In this document: positions 20,207-30,566 of the stretch, in pieces
How the letters are laid out: every line of letters begins with the position of its first letter
Numbering within the stretch: the first letter of the stretch is position 1
DNA from: Alphaproteobacteria bacterium
Lineage (GTDB): Bacteria; Pseudomonadota; Alphaproteobacteria; G965222575
Reading direction: 5' to 3'
DNA: 64,000 nt
Assembly: GCA_965222575.1 (NCBI GenBank)
Contig: OZ244958.1
Location: 832,001 to 896,000 of the forward strand
Notes under the pieces: generated by a model
Database searches by the model: none
Told to the model about the DNA's origin: nothing
The model's input: the letters and a program-made list of their open reading frames with translations, nothing else
Translations under genes and position numbers: made by a program

Positions 20207-20668
20207 ATGAATTCTGTAATTTTTCAAAAGGTTGATGCCTTAGTCCAACAGCTAGGACGCGCTATTGAAATTGACCAACTTGCACTGGATAGCAAAGCCC
20301 ATTGTTGTCTTGCCTTTGATGATAAGATACTGGTCAATATGGAAGTGGATGAAGAAAGGGAAAGCTTGCTGTTTTATGCCTTTATTGGAGAAGTAAAAGG
20401 CGATCTTTCGGGGGGGTATAGACACTTGCTACAAAAAAACACTTCGGAGGAAATTGATTATATGACCTTGAGTCTTAATACCATGCACAATGAGCAAAAT
20501 GTTGTGTTGATGGATTGCCTTCATGAAAAAGTGATGGACTATCCTATTTTTGAAAAACGCTTGGAGTCATTTGTTGATTTTGCTGAGAATTGCGGACAAG
20601 AACTGGAAGTTTTCTTTGAACCGCCCCCGCAACAACAAGAGAACAACACAGATTTCCCTAATATATGA
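20207..20668 (+). CDS. T3SS class I (CesT/SycE-like) chaperone
   Basis: Small acidic protein: LALDSKAHCCLAFDDKILVNME...LLFYAFIGEV...LLQKN...FEKRLESFVDFAE; AGGAG RBS. Confidence 0.8.
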   Translation: MNSVIFQKVDALVQQLGRAIEIDQLALDSKAHCCLAFDDKILVNMEVDEERESLLFYAFIGEVKGDLSGGYRHLLQKNTSEEIDYMTLSLNTMHNEQNVVLMDCLHEKVMDYPIFEKRLESFVDFAENCGQELEVFFEPPPQQQENNTDFPNI

Positions 20669-20775
20669 CAGAGGAAAAGAAAATCACAAGAGATAATGAC
20701 AAGAGCAAAAAAAAAAGATATACTATAAGAAATAAGCTTTAAGATTACAAGGTTAAAAAAGATAGAGGTTCAGAC

Positions 20776-21177
20776 GTGCCGCGGAAGAAAACACCAATTG
20801 AGATTTTGTCTTATAACAAAACAGTAGGGGCTAATATAAAATTGAAGAGGCGTTTGGCGTCGCTTAGCCAGAAGCAACTTGCTGCGAAGATGAACTTAAC
20901 AGCGCAACAATTGCAAAAATATGAAAATGGCAAAAATAGTATTTCTTCGGGAAGATTGCAGCAAATTGCCTATTTTTTGAAAGAGCCGGTAGAAGTCTTC
21001 TTCCGCGATGTCAAGAGTCTTAAAGTCGCGGATTATGATACAATCCTGCACCAGATGTATATTTCTGAAGACGAGGGAAAAGTGTTGCAGTTCTATAGAA
21101 AATTTTCTGAAAGCCCCGACCCAAAAGGAAAATTTATACTGAAGGTTATTGATTTTATTATCAAAGAGTGGAAATAA
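20776..21177 (+). CDS. XRE-family helix-turn-helix transcriptional regulator
   Basis: VGANIKLKRR...SQKQLA...TAQQLQKYENGKNSISSGRLQQIA. Confidence 0.88.
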   Translation: MPRKKTPIEILSYNKTVGANIKLKRRLASLSQKQLAAKMNLTAQQLQKYENGKNSISSGRLQQIAYFLKEPVEVFFRDVKSLKVADYDTILHQMYISEDEGKVLQFYRKFSESPDPKGKFILKVIDFIIKEWK

Positions 21178-21230
21178 ACCCCTTTGTGACTTCAGAAAAA
21201 GAGTGAAGCCCTCCCTCTTTTGTGAGGGGG

Positions 21231-22436
21231 TTATGATAAGTCTTCTAAGAATTGGTCTAGGATGTTTTGTTTGACATGTTGCATCATTACAACATGAGCA
21301 AAGGGGACAAGTTCCCCCTTAACATCAAGTTCCATTGTGGCTAAGGAGTATTTTTGCACGATACGTGCAGAAGGTTTTTGAAAGAGGATGGTGTTGGAAG
21401 CTTCTGATGCCCGTAGGGGCATGAGATGAGGAAAAGAGGTTTTGAGTTGTTGGTGTAGGTAGGTGGTCTTTTTCAATATATCTTGTGCTTCTGCATGTTG
21501 GGTTTTCAAGGCGCTAGGCGTAGAGAAAAAGAAGAATTCCGCTGCATTGACAGCACTTCTTGAGCAGGCTATGGTACCCGGCACTTGATGGACATATTCG
21601 GGATTATGAAGGGTCTTGAAAATTTTTTGATAGGCCTCAAAAGACTTTCTTGTCATGAAAAATAAGCCTGCGGGATTAGGAAACCCAAAAAATTTATGAC
21701 AGGAAATAGCAATGGAGTCATACCGTCCGCTGGGATTGGTAGGAGAGAAATGTTGCACTTCATGAGCATAAGAAGTGTGGGGGAGATACCCCCCGAATAA
21801 GGCAGCATCCACATGTATGTAGCTAGGGAGAGGATGATGCTTAAGACAGGCTCTAATATTATCTAAGGGGTCTATAGCCCCTTTGAAGGTGCTCCCTAAG
21901 GCGGCTACGATTAAAGCCGGAGTATCAGCATTAAGCGCAAGCTTCTCAGCAAGATTTTCAATATCAAGCACCCCTGTTTCTGAGGCGTTGACAATGACTT
22001 TTTGTAGGTCTAGAACACTGCTTAAAATCTCCATAGAATAGTGCGCCTCGCGTGTAAAATATATCTTTGGCTTGATACCGCTTTGTCCCGTAAGCAGGAC
22101 GCGCCCTATGTAGAGCCCGTGCATATTCCCATCTGTCCCCCCTTGGGAAACGAAGCCCCATAAATTTTCCTCATCAAACTCTAAAAGCTTCCCAAAACGC
22201 TTGACAACTTCTTTCTCAAAATCATGGGTATGGTGAGGCAAAGGACTTGTCTCTTCATAAGGATTGCCTACATTATTGTGGTGAATAATGTTAATGCCAG
22301 TAGCCGTCAGTTCCTGCCGCCATTGAAAAAAAGCCTTTGGCGGTACACTTAAGTTAATAGGGTATCCTAAAGATAAGTCTTTAGACGCTGAATGAGTGTT
22401 TTTGTTTCGTAAGGCTTGAGAAACATCAAAGGACAC
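21231..22436 (-). CDS. PLP-dependent amino-acid decarboxylase, histidine/serine decarboxylase-like
   Basis: LGYPINL, NNVGNPY, WGFVSQGGTDGNMHGLY, AHYS, GSTFKGAID, HVDAALFGG and SCHKFFGFP (PLP lysine). Confidence 0.8.
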   Translation of the reverse strand: MSFDVSQALRNKNTHSASKDLSLGYPINLSVPPKAFFQWRQELTATGINIIHHNNVGNPYEETSPLPHHTHDFEKEVVKRFGKLLEFDEENLWGFVSQGGTDGNMHGLYIGRVLLTGQSGIKPKIYFTREAHYSMEILSSVLDLQKVIVNASETGVLDIENLAEKLALNADTPALIVAALGSTFKGAIDPLDNIRACLKHHPLPSYIHVDAALFGGYLPHTSYAHEVQHFSPTNPSGRYDSIAISCHKFFGFPNPAGLFFMTRKSFEAYQKIFKTLHNPEYVHQVPGTIACSRSAVNAAEFFFFSTPSALKTQHAEAQDILKKTTYLHQQLKTSFPHLMPLRASEASNTILFQKPSARIVQKYSLATMELDVKGELVPFAHVVMMQHVKQNILDQFLEDLS

Positions 22437-22513
22437 AATAAAACTCCTTGAAGATTTTTCCTAACTGAAAGCATACAATAGAATACTGTTACGCACAAAA
22501 TCTGTTTTTTTTC

Positions 22514-25306
22514 TTAAAGCGGCTTTTGAGGAAGGCGTTGTTTTTTTCTTAGAGTGACCTTTAAGAAGGGGCCTGTAGCGGTATAAGAGGTATTGGCAAG
22601 GGCGTTTGGTGTGCCTGTGAAGAGGATTTCGCCACCTTCCTCTCCGCCGCGCGGCCCCATCTCCACAATCCAATCCGCTTGCTTAATCACATCTAAATTG
22701 TGTTCAATGACTACCACTGTGTTCCCTTTGTCTACTAGTTGGTGAAAAATCTTCATCAGTTGGGTGATATCTTGAAAATGCAAGCCCGTTGTAGGCTCGT
22801 CAAAAATATACAAGCCCTGCCCTCTTGTTTGGCGTACGAGTTCTTTAGAGAGTTTTATCCGCTGGGCTTCCCCTCCTGATAGGGTCAAGGCCGATTGCCC
22901 TAAGCGAATATAGCCAAGACCGATGGCTTTCATTACCTGTAAGTGTCTTGAAATGACTGGTACTAACTGAAAAAATGCGCACGCTTCCTCCACACTCATG
23001 TTCAAAACATCAGCAATAGACTTCCCCTTATAGCGCACCTGAAGTGTCTGTTCATTATAACGCTTGCCTCCACACACAGGACAGGTCATATAAAGAGAGG
23101 GAAGAAAATGCATCTGCACTTTTTTCTCTCCATCTCCCTTGCATTCCGGGCATCTTCCTATTGCAACATTAAAAGAAAACCGTCCTGCCGCATATCCCCG
23201 TATACACGCCTCCTCAAGAGCTGCAAACCAAGAACGAATAGGAGAAAAAACGCCCGTATACGTTGCCGGCGTAGACCTAGGCGTACGACCAATAGGGCTT
23301 TGTGTGATTTTAATGACCTTTTGAATGTCCTCTATTCCTTGTAGGGTTGCTCCTCCTTGTGGGACTTCTCCTTTCAGAGCGGCTTGAGATAACTTCGTGA
23401 GTGTTTCTATCACTAAAGAAGACTTACCAGACCCCGATACGCCGGTGACGCAAATTAACCGCTTAAGTGGAAAAGAGACAGTGAGCTGTTTCAAATTGTT
23501 CACACGCGCCCCTTTAATGACTAAGGCGGCTCCCTTTTTAGAACAGGGGCGTCTTGTTTCAGGAATAGGGACCACGCGATACCCATTGAGATACTGCGCC
23601 GTAAGACCTTGAGAGGCTTTTTTTACCTCCTCAGGCGTTCCGCATGCCACAATGCGTCCTCCCTCTTTTCCCGCTTTCGGACCGATATCTACCAAATAAT
23701 CCCCCTGATTCATCACACTCTCATCATGCTCCACCACAATCACCGTATTGCCCGTATCCCGCAGCGTCTTCAAGGTATCCAAAAGCTTCGTGCTATCCCG
23801 TTGGTGTAACCCAATGGAGGGTTCATCTAAAACATAGAGCAATCCTGTTAACCCTGAGCCTACCTGTGATGCTAATCGAATCCGCTGGGCTTCCCCTCCC
23901 GATAAGGTCTCTGATGCCCGCGATAAGGTGAGATAGTGTAACCCTACATCTCTTAAAAACCCCAGTCGACTTTCTATCTCTTTTACAATCATGCGGCCAA
24001 TTTCTCGCTTTTGACTATCCAGTTCCTCCTCCACAGAGCTAACCCACAACAGTGCCTGCTCAATGGTCATATCACACACTTGCGCAATATTCCGATTCCA
24101 AACACGCACCGCTAGTGCCTCCGGACAAAGACGATGTCCCTTACAAGAGGAACAATCTCCTTTCTCTGCGTACTGCCGGAGAGAGTTTATCTCCTTATGC
24201 TCATACTCCCTGTGATATAACGCCTGTAAATAAGGCATCATGTTTGCGAACAATTTCTTCTGTGCTGAAGACGGTAGCTTTTTCCAAGGGGTGCGAGAGG
24301 GGAGGTGGTATTCTCTTTCTACCCGCCGTGCTAAACGCCGCAGAAATAAGGAAACATTTAGGGGAAAATGAAAACACTTGGGGGCTGGCAAAGACGGGGA
24401 TTTTAGTAAGCGCTCTTGTTCAAATCCTACTGTCTTGCCTAATCCAGAACAGGCAGAACACGCTCCGCGGGGAGTGTTAAAGGAAAACAAATTCGGCTCA
24501 ATCTCCCCTATGCAAAAGCCTGATACAGGACAGGCGGAGACAGAGGACATATACAGGGTTTCTTCTTGCTTCTCTCCTTGTAATAACACCATGAGTGTTG
24601 GGGAAAGAGACAGTGTTGTTTCTATGGAGGCCGCTAGTCTTTCCTTTTTGTCTTCTTCCCAAGGCATTGTTGTTCGTAGCCTATCCACGACGACTTCGAT
24701 ATCGTATTTTTTCTTTTGGTCTAAAGCGGGAAGTTCTTCTAGCAGTTCAATTTTGCCGTTGATTCTCACACGCAAGAAGCCATCCTTCAAAAGAGAGCCG
24801 AATAATTCTTCATGTTTGCCCTTGCGTTGCTGTGCGAGCTGCGCCATCAAGGTGATAGTCCCTTTGACCTTTTGGGATTTTTCACAGATTAGCCGTACCA
24901 TCTGTTCCACAGACTGACCGCTTATAGGCTCTCCTGTTGTAGGAGAGTAGGCGACTCCGATACGTGCGTATAAAAGGCGTAAATAATCATACACTTCTGT
25001 TACTGTTCCTACGGTAGAACGAGGATTATGAGTAGGCTTTTTCTGGGCAATAGAGACGGTGGGACTTAGACCAGAGATTTTGTCCACCTCTGCCTTCTGA
25101 CCCATGGTCAAGAACTGGCGTGCATAAGAAGACAAGCTTTCCAAGTATCTCTTCTGTCCTTCAGCGCAGATGGTGTCAAAAGCTAAAGAGCTCTTCCCTG
25201 AACCGGACACGCCTGTGAACACAATCAAGGATTTCTTGGGCAATTTCAAAGAAATGTTCGCGAGATTATGCTGCCGTGCTCCTTGAATGACAAGATACTC
25301 ATCCAT
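22514..25306 (-). CDS. uvrA: Excinuclease ABC subunit A
   Basis: GARQHNL, two GVSGSGKSSL motifs, Zn fingers, LSGGEAQRI twice; divergent from ssb. Confidence 0.97.
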   Translation of the reverse strand: MDEYLVIQGARQHNLANISLKLPKKSLIVFTGVSGSGKSSLAFDTICAEGQKRYLESLSSYARQFLTMGQKAEVDKISGLSPTVSIAQKKPTHNPRSTVGTVTEVYDYLRLLYARIGVAYSPTTGEPISGQSVEQMVRLICEKSQKVKGTITLMAQLAQQRKGKHEELFGSLLKDGFLRVRINGKIELLEELPALDQKKKYDIEVVVDRLRTTMPWEEDKKERLAASIETTLSLSPTLMVLLQGEKQEETLYMSSVSACPVSGFCIGEIEPNLFSFNTPRGACSACSGLGKTVGFEQERLLKSPSLPAPKCFHFPLNVSLFLRRLARRVEREYHLPSRTPWKKLPSSAQKKLFANMMPYLQALYHREYEHKEINSLRQYAEKGDCSSCKGHRLCPEALAVRVWNRNIAQVCDMTIEQALLWVSSVEEELDSQKREIGRMIVKEIESRLGFLRDVGLHYLTLSRASETLSGGEAQRIRLASQVGSGLTGLLYVLDEPSIGLHQRDSTKLLDTLKTLRDTGNTVIVVEHDESVMNQGDYLVDIGPKAGKEGGRIVACGTPEEVKKASQGLTAQYLNGYRVVPIPETRRPCSKKGAALVIKGARVNNLKQLTVSFPLKRLICVTGVSGSGKSSLVIETLTKLSQAALKGEVPQGGATLQGIEDIQKVIKITQSPIGRTPRSTPATYTGVFSPIRSWFAALEEACIRGYAAGRFSFNVAIGRCPECKGDGEKKVQMHFLPSLYMTCPVCGGKRYNEQTLQVRYKGKSIADVLNMSVEEACAFFQLVPVISRHLQVMKAIGLGYIRLGQSALTLSGGEAQRIKLSKELVRQTRGQGLYIFDEPTTGLHFQDITQLMKIFHQLVDKGNTVVVIEHNLDVIKQADWIVEMGPRGGEEGGEILFTGTPNALANTSYTATGPFLKVTLRKKQRLPQKPL

Positions 25307-25408
25307 GAGAGCGCTTATCTGTTAACATGTGAAATTTTTTGCATCCCTGAGAATCTTATGCTATAACTAGAGGCAGAATTATACTTTCGAGGCTACATAT
25401 TATATCAT

Positions 25409-25933
25409 ATGTCTGGTGTGAACAAAGTGATTTTGGTGGGGCGGTTAGGAAAAGACCCTGAGGAACGTTACTCTGCCTCTGGTAGTCTGATTGTGACTTT
25501 TTCCTTAGCGACCTCTGAAAGCTGGAAGGATAAAAACACAGGAGAAAGGCAAGAGCGCACCCAGTGGCATAACTTGGTTATCTTTCGTGAAGCCTTAGGG
25601 CGGTTGATTATGCAGTACTTAAAAAAAGGCTCTTTATCTTATTGCGAGGGGGCGTTACAAACAAGAAAATGGACTGATGATAAGGGTGTAGACCGTTATA
25701 CCACAGAAATTATTGTCAGTGATGTCACCTTTTTAGGGTCTCGTCGCGATGAAGGTAGCGTTACTCCTGAAGAGAGAAGGGCTCCGCAATCCAGTGCACC
25801 TAGTAGTAAGAACGACAATACAAGACGACCATCATCTCCTGAGAGGACAAAGCCACCAGAACCCTCTTCATCGCCTTCTAAACAGGAATTGCCAGAGGAA
25901 GCTTTGGCCTTGGATGACGAGATTCCCTTCTAG
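25409..25933 (+). CDS. ssb: Single-stranded DNA-binding protein
   Basis: VNKVILVGRLGKDPE N-terminus, DDEIPF C-terminus. Confidence 0.97.
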   Translation: MSGVNKVILVGRLGKDPEERYSASGSLIVTFSLATSESWKDKNTGERQERTQWHNLVIFREALGRLIMQYLKKGSLSYCEGALQTRKWTDDKGVDRYTTEIIVSDVTFLGSRRDEGSVTPEERRAPQSSAPSSKNDNTRRPSSPERTKPPEPSSSPSKQELPEEALALDDEIPF

Positions 25934-25945
25934 GGAAGATATCTC

Positions 25946-27349
25946 ATGAAAGTGATTATCTGCGGTGCAGGGAGAGTGGGAAGGACACTTGCCCAATGGA
26001 TGTGTCAGCATAATGAATATGTTGTAACGGTCATAGAGGAAAATCGAGTCCTTGCGGAGAAAATTGAACAGGATTTTGATGTCACGGTACAGATCGGTCT
26101 TAGCAGCGACCCCCTTGTGCTAAAACAAGCCATTGGTCAAGGGTGTGACATATTGCTTGCGGTGACTCATTGTGATGAAGTGAACATGATGACCTGTAAA
26201 ATTGCGGCTTTATTCTTTGGCAATCAGACAAGGATTTTGCGTCTTAGAAATTCCTCCTATTTTCTACCGCAGTACAGTACGCTCTTTAGTGCTAGCAATG
26301 TCCCGGCAGATTTGGTCATTTCTACAGAGCAGGAAATTGCTACCATTATTCAACACGCTTTGGATATGCCGGGCACCCAGTTCACGGAAGCCTTTTGTAA
26401 AGGGCAAGTTTATGTCACGGGACTGAGTGTGAAGAAAGATACCCTTGTAGAAGGAAAACCCATTCAGGAAATCCATGCTTTGTATCCGGATGTGGTCTTT
26501 TCTATCCATATGATTGCTAAAGAAAAAGACCATCAGTTCACTTACGTCTCTGAGAAAGATTCTCTGGAAGCGCATGATAAAATTGTGCTGATTTATCCTC
26601 TGTCTCATATGAGCCGTATCATGTCTATTTTTGGGTATAGCCAGACTCATATGGAGCATGTCATTTTTATTGGAGGTGGTGCTATTAGTACGGCTATTAT
26701 TGAGAAGCTTCACCGTAGAAGCCCTAAGACCTATTTAACGATTGTGGAGAAGCAAGAGGAGCAGGTAGATAAGCTTTTGGAGCATCTTTATAGACATGAT
26801 ATCAAGAATCATAAGATTCTCAAAGGAGATGTGATGAATGAGAGCATCATGGGGCAGATTCCCTTTGATAAGTCGTCTGTTGTTCTCGCCTTGACAGATG
26901 AAGACAAAATCAACATTTTGGTTGCCTCTTTAGCGAAGTCTCTAGGGGTAGAGAAGTCTCTTGCTATTATCAATCATAAGCAGCAGTATCGGGCTTTAGT
27001 GGATTCCCTTGGCATAGATGTGGTGATTAATCCGCAAGATACCATTTCATCGGCCATTTTGCGTCATATTAAAAGAGGTCATATTCAGGCGATTTTTCCT
27101 ATTCCCGGGGAAGATATCTATATTTTGTCTGCTGTTATTGCTAGTGGGTCGTCCTTAGTGGGGGAAAATCTTTCTGTTTTAGAGGGAGGGAAGAATTTTA
27201 GGCTTTGTGGTTTGTATAGAGATAAGCTTTTTATGGCGTTATCAGAGGGTCTATTGCTGGAAAAAGGCGATCATCTTTTGTTATCCTGTAAGAAAGAGGC
27301 CATGAAGAGCTTAGAGCGCACCCTATCGCCTACTACGGAGTATTTTTAA
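25946..27349 (+). CDS. trkA: Trk potassium uptake protein TrkA
   Basis: Two RCK/NAD-binding domains (ICGAGRVG, FIGGGAI); 467 aa. Confidence 0.9.
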   Translation: MKVIICGAGRVGRTLAQWMCQHNEYVVTVIEENRVLAEKIEQDFDVTVQIGLSSDPLVLKQAIGQGCDILLAVTHCDEVNMMTCKIAALFFGNQTRILRLRNSSYFLPQYSTLFSASNVPADLVISTEQEIATIIQHALDMPGTQFTEAFCKGQVYVTGLSVKKDTLVEGKPIQEIHALYPDVVFSIHMIAKEKDHQFTYVSEKDSLEAHDKIVLIYPLSHMSRIMSIFGYSQTHMEHVIFIGGGAISTAIIEKLHRRSPKTYLTIVEKQEEQVDKLLEHLYRHDIKNHKILKGDVMNESIMGQIPFDKSSVVLALTDEDKINILVASLAKSLGVEKSLAIINHKQQYRALVDSLGIDVVINPQDTISSAILRHIKRGHIQAIFPIPGEDIYILSAVIASGSSLVGENLSVLEGGKNFRLCGLYRDKLFMALSEGLLLEKGDHLLLSCKKEAMKSLERTLSPTTEYF

Positions 27350-27352
27350 TTC

Positions 27353-28849
27353 ATGTTTCGTACAACTGTGGGCGGGTTTTGCGTGCTGCTGTTTGCCTTT
27401 TCAGGGCTTTTTGTTCTCGCAGCGGTAGGCAGTTTATTATTAGACCATTTATCCTTTTTATCCTTTGCTCTTGGGGGCATGATTTGCTTGTGTTTCGCTG
27501 TGTCTTTAACCATCAGTACCTTGTCCAGAAAAATACCGCATCTTGCGCCTAAAGATATTCCCTTACGCATCAGCACGATTTTTCTATTGAGCTTGCTTAT
27601 TATGCCATTTTTTGGGGCTTTACCCTTTTATTTTGTCTACCCACAATCTCCTTTTTTTGGGTCTTTTTACTTGGAAAGCCTTTTGTGCCTTACCACTACG
27701 GGCGGGTCTTTTCTTCCTTATTCTCTCCCTGTCTATCTTCAGTTCTGGAAAGCATTAATGGCTTGGTTCGGCGGATTTCTCCACTTGTTTTGTATGAGCG
27801 CCATCCTATTGAATCTCTTTTTAGAAGACACCTTTTCAAGTCGCCAGCTGTTTCGGCGCCAAATCACTCTCTTCCACCCCTTCCCTAAGGGCCTCGTGAT
27901 GAAAATAGGGGGAACCTATCTTCTTCTTACGGCTGTTTGTTGGCTTTTGCTACAATTCTCAGGGATGGAGAAGTGGAGCTCTCTTTTTTACGCTCTTTCT
28001 AGCCTTAGCACTACAGGCTTGACCTTAAAAGGCCTGATGTTCCCCCCTCTTTCTCCTTCCAGTATGCTGGTGTTGTCTGTCTTTGTGTTGATAGGGGCAC
28101 TGAGTTTTCTCCATCTCCCTCTTCTGTTTGGTGACAAAAGCAGTAGAAAAATCTTCTTCCAAGACCAGCAGTTTAGGCTTCTGATGGGTCTTTTCTTAGG
28201 CGCTACTGCCATGATGAGTGTCTATGTTTTCTTCTCTGGCCGAAGTGTGTCTGTTTTCGACTCTCTTTTCGCAGGGCTTACCTTTTGCGCCAATACCCTC
28301 AGTACCACAGGCTGGGCTTTCGATAAAACACTGCCTTTGACGGCCTTTCCAACGCTTACAGCGCTAGTATTGATGGGCATTGGGGGCTGTTGGGTTTCCA
28401 CGGCAGGGGGGTTGAAAATCTTTCCTGCTTTCATCTTCGTGAAAGGGGCTGTGTTGGGGCTGTACAAGCTAGCCTTTCCCCACAGGGTGTTCGGGATTTT
28501 CTATCACACAACGCTTTTGAAAATACAATGGTTCAGAATCCTCTGGTTTATGGCCCTTGTATGCCTGTTCGTTGTGTTGCTGAGCGCCTTGCTTTTCACA
28601 GCTTATGACTATGATGTGCCAACCGCTTTGACACTCTCTTTGATAGCGCTCTCTAACACGGGAGGAGAACTAGGCTTTCTCACCATGGAAACCCTTAGCG
28701 ACTGGTCTTCTCTTTCTTCCCCCGTTGTACGATTAACGGCAGGAGGATTACTCTTAGGCGGACGGTGCGGTCTTTTCGTCCTGTTCATCGCTGCTACAAG
28801 ATTTTTTCAAACTGTTCCCCCTTCTTCATTCTCAGGAGCTGAAAGATGA
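27353..28849 (+). CDS. trkH: Trk potassium uptake membrane protein TrkH
   Basis: Four pore loops (TTTGG, STTGL, STTGW, SNTGG), IGGCWVSTAGGLK; follows trkA. Confidence 0.85.
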   Translation: MFRTTVGGFCVLLFAFSGLFVLAAVGSLLLDHLSFLSFALGGMICLCFAVSLTISTLSRKIPHLAPKDIPLRISTIFLLSLLIMPFFGALPFYFVYPQSPFFGSFYLESLLCLTTTGGSFLPYSLPVYLQFWKALMAWFGGFLHLFCMSAILLNLFLEDTFSSRQLFRRQITLFHPFPKGLVMKIGGTYLLLTAVCWLLLQFSGMEKWSSLFYALSSLSTTGLTLKGLMFPPLSPSSMLVLSVFVLIGALSFLHLPLLFGDKSSRKIFFQDQQFRLLMGLFLGATAMMSVYVFFSGRSVSVFDSLFAGLTFCANTLSTTGWAFDKTLPLTAFPTLTALVLMGIGGCWVSTAGGLKIFPAFIFVKGAVLGLYKLAFPHRVFGIFYHTTLLKIQWFRILWFMALVCLFVVLLSALLFTAYDYDVPTALTLSLIALSNTGGELGFLTMETLSDWSSLSSPVVRLTAGGLLLGGRCGLFVLFIAATRFFQTVPPSSFSGAER

Positions 28850-29706
28850 GTGCTTATATTAATGGACAATTTTCCTCTCATCTTAAACAGGGTATCTCCA
28901 TAGAGGAGAGAGGCTATCAGTTTGCTGACTCTGTTTATGAAGTGATTGCTTTTACAAAACACAATGGCCTGTATCGATATATAGCTCTTGAGCAGCATTT
29001 GAAGCGTCTGCAGGAGTCCTGTAAACGCTTGCATTTTCAGTCTCTTATGCCCCTGCCTACCCTTACGGTCATCTGTAAGACAGTTGCGAAAAAAAGTCGC
29101 CTTCATAAAGGGTATCTCTATCTCCAAGTGTCAAGAGGCGTGTATCCCCGACAACATGGTATCCCCTCTGTTGTGAAGCCACTGACAGTCAATGTGCTAG
29201 CCTATCCTTTGCCTGATGGTATTGAAGACAATCAACGCTTAGGCATTGATACTATCAGTTTACAAGATACCCGTGCGTACTTGCAGGGGATGAAAACTAA
29301 TGGCTTACTGCCTCATCTTTTAGCGAAGCAACAAGCCTTACAACGCAACTGTCAAGAAGCCCTGTTTGTCTGTCCTCATACAAAAGCTCTACTAGAAGGG
29401 GCTTCATCCAATGTTTGGATTGTCAAAGACCATCAAGCGTTCACCCCTCCCTTGCAACACGGCATTGTCTCAGGTATCACCCGTTTTGTGGTGATGGAGC
29501 TTTTGAAAGACCAAGTCACCTGTGCCTTTTTTACACGACAAGAGGCCTTAGAAGCTGATGAAGCGTTTATCACCTCCTCTAATGCCTTAGTGACTCCCAT
29601 ACGCTCCATAGATGGCTACTCACTAGGAAAAAGGACGCCGGGGCCTTTCACGAAAGCCCTTCAAAAGAAACTAACACACCATGTTGAGGCGGGTTTCCTC
29701 TTATGA
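28846..29706 (+). CDS. dat: Class IV aminotransferase, D-amino-acid transaminase-like
   Basis: EERGYQFADSVYEVI, YLQVSRG, EGASSNVWIV, GITR, EADEAFITSS. Confidence 0.78.
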   Translation: MSAYINGQFSSHLKQGISIEERGYQFADSVYEVIAFTKHNGLYRYIALEQHLKRLQESCKRLHFQSLMPLPTLTVICKTVAKKSRLHKGYLYLQVSRGVYPRQHGIPSVVKPLTVNVLAYPLPDGIEDNQRLGIDTISLQDTRAYLQGMKTNGLLPHLLAKQQALQRNCQEALFVCPHTKALLEGASSNVWIVKDHQAFTPPLQHGIVSGITRFVVMELLKDQVTCAFFTRQEALEADEAFITSSNALVTPIRSIDGYSLGKRTPGPFTKALQKKLTHHVEAGFLL

Positions 29707-30480
29707 TTCTGAGGGCAGGCACACCACAGAGGTACCACAGTCCACATAACTCACTTGCCCTGTTACCCCGCCTCCTATGGAAGACAGAAGATACAAAGCC
29801 CCCCCTGCCACATCTTTGACTGTGGTATTACGCCCTAGAGGACTTAAGGCGGCATCGTAAGACAGCATTTTGGAAAATCCCTTAATACCACTAGATGCTA
29901 ATGTTTTAATAGGGCCTGCGCTCAAAGCGTTGACTCGAACCCCTCTCTTCCCTAAATCCACTGCTAGATACCTAACCGACGCTTCTAAGGCGGCTTTTGC
30001 TACCCCCATCAGATTGTAGTTTGGTACCACTTTTTGTGACCCATAATAGGTCAATGTTAACAAACTCCCTTCCGGCTTCATCAACGCTTTCGCGCATTGA
30101 CACATTTCTACAAAGGAATAACAGGAAACATGCAAACTGTGTTGGAATTGCTCCAAAGAGATTGTAAGATACTCTCCCTGTAAAGCGTCTCTATCAGCAT
30201 AAGCTAAAGAATGTACCACGAAGTCTATTTCCCCCCATTTCTGTTCTAGAGTCTCAAAAACCTTGTGTATATCCCCTTTTTTTGTGACATCACAGCTTAT
30301 AACCAGTGGGCTTTCCACTTCCTGTGCAATAGGCAGTACCCGCTTCTTTAAGAGTTCTCCCTGATAAGCGATTGCTACCTCTGCTCCTTGGGCATGTAAA
30401 AGTTTGATAATGCCAGCAGCAATAGACCGGTGATTGGCTAGCCCAAAGACAATCCCCTTTTTTCCCTCCATTATTCTCAT
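29701..30480 (-). CDS. fabI: Enoyl-ACP reductase FabI
   Basis: GLANHRSIA, YNLMGVAKAALE, SAGPIKTLA; start placed at MRIMEGKKG. Confidence 0.93.
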   Translation of the reverse strand: MRIMEGKKGIVFGLANHRSIAAGIIKLLHAQGAEVAIAYQGELLKKRVLPIAQEVESPLVISCDVTKKGDIHKVFETLEQKWGEIDFVVHSLAYADRDALQGEYLTISLEQFQHSLHVSCYSFVEMCQCAKALMKPEGSLLTLTYYGSQKVVPNYNLMGVAKAALEASVRYLAVDLGKRGVRVNALSAGPIKTLASSGIKGFSKMLSYDAALSPLGRNTTVKDVAGGALYLLSSIGGGVTGQVSYVDCGTSVVCLPSES

Positions 30481-30566
30481 TATCTTGCGTGTCTGTTGAC
30501 AGGTTGCTTTTATCACAGTACAATTAGAGTACTAATTAAGATATCAGGCTTAGGAAGGGGTTGTAT

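Noticed and set aside
21178..21230. Bidirectional terminator between the XRE and decarboxylase genes
   Set aside because: Only a short CCCTC/GAGGG stem with no clear U-tract; not confidently supported.
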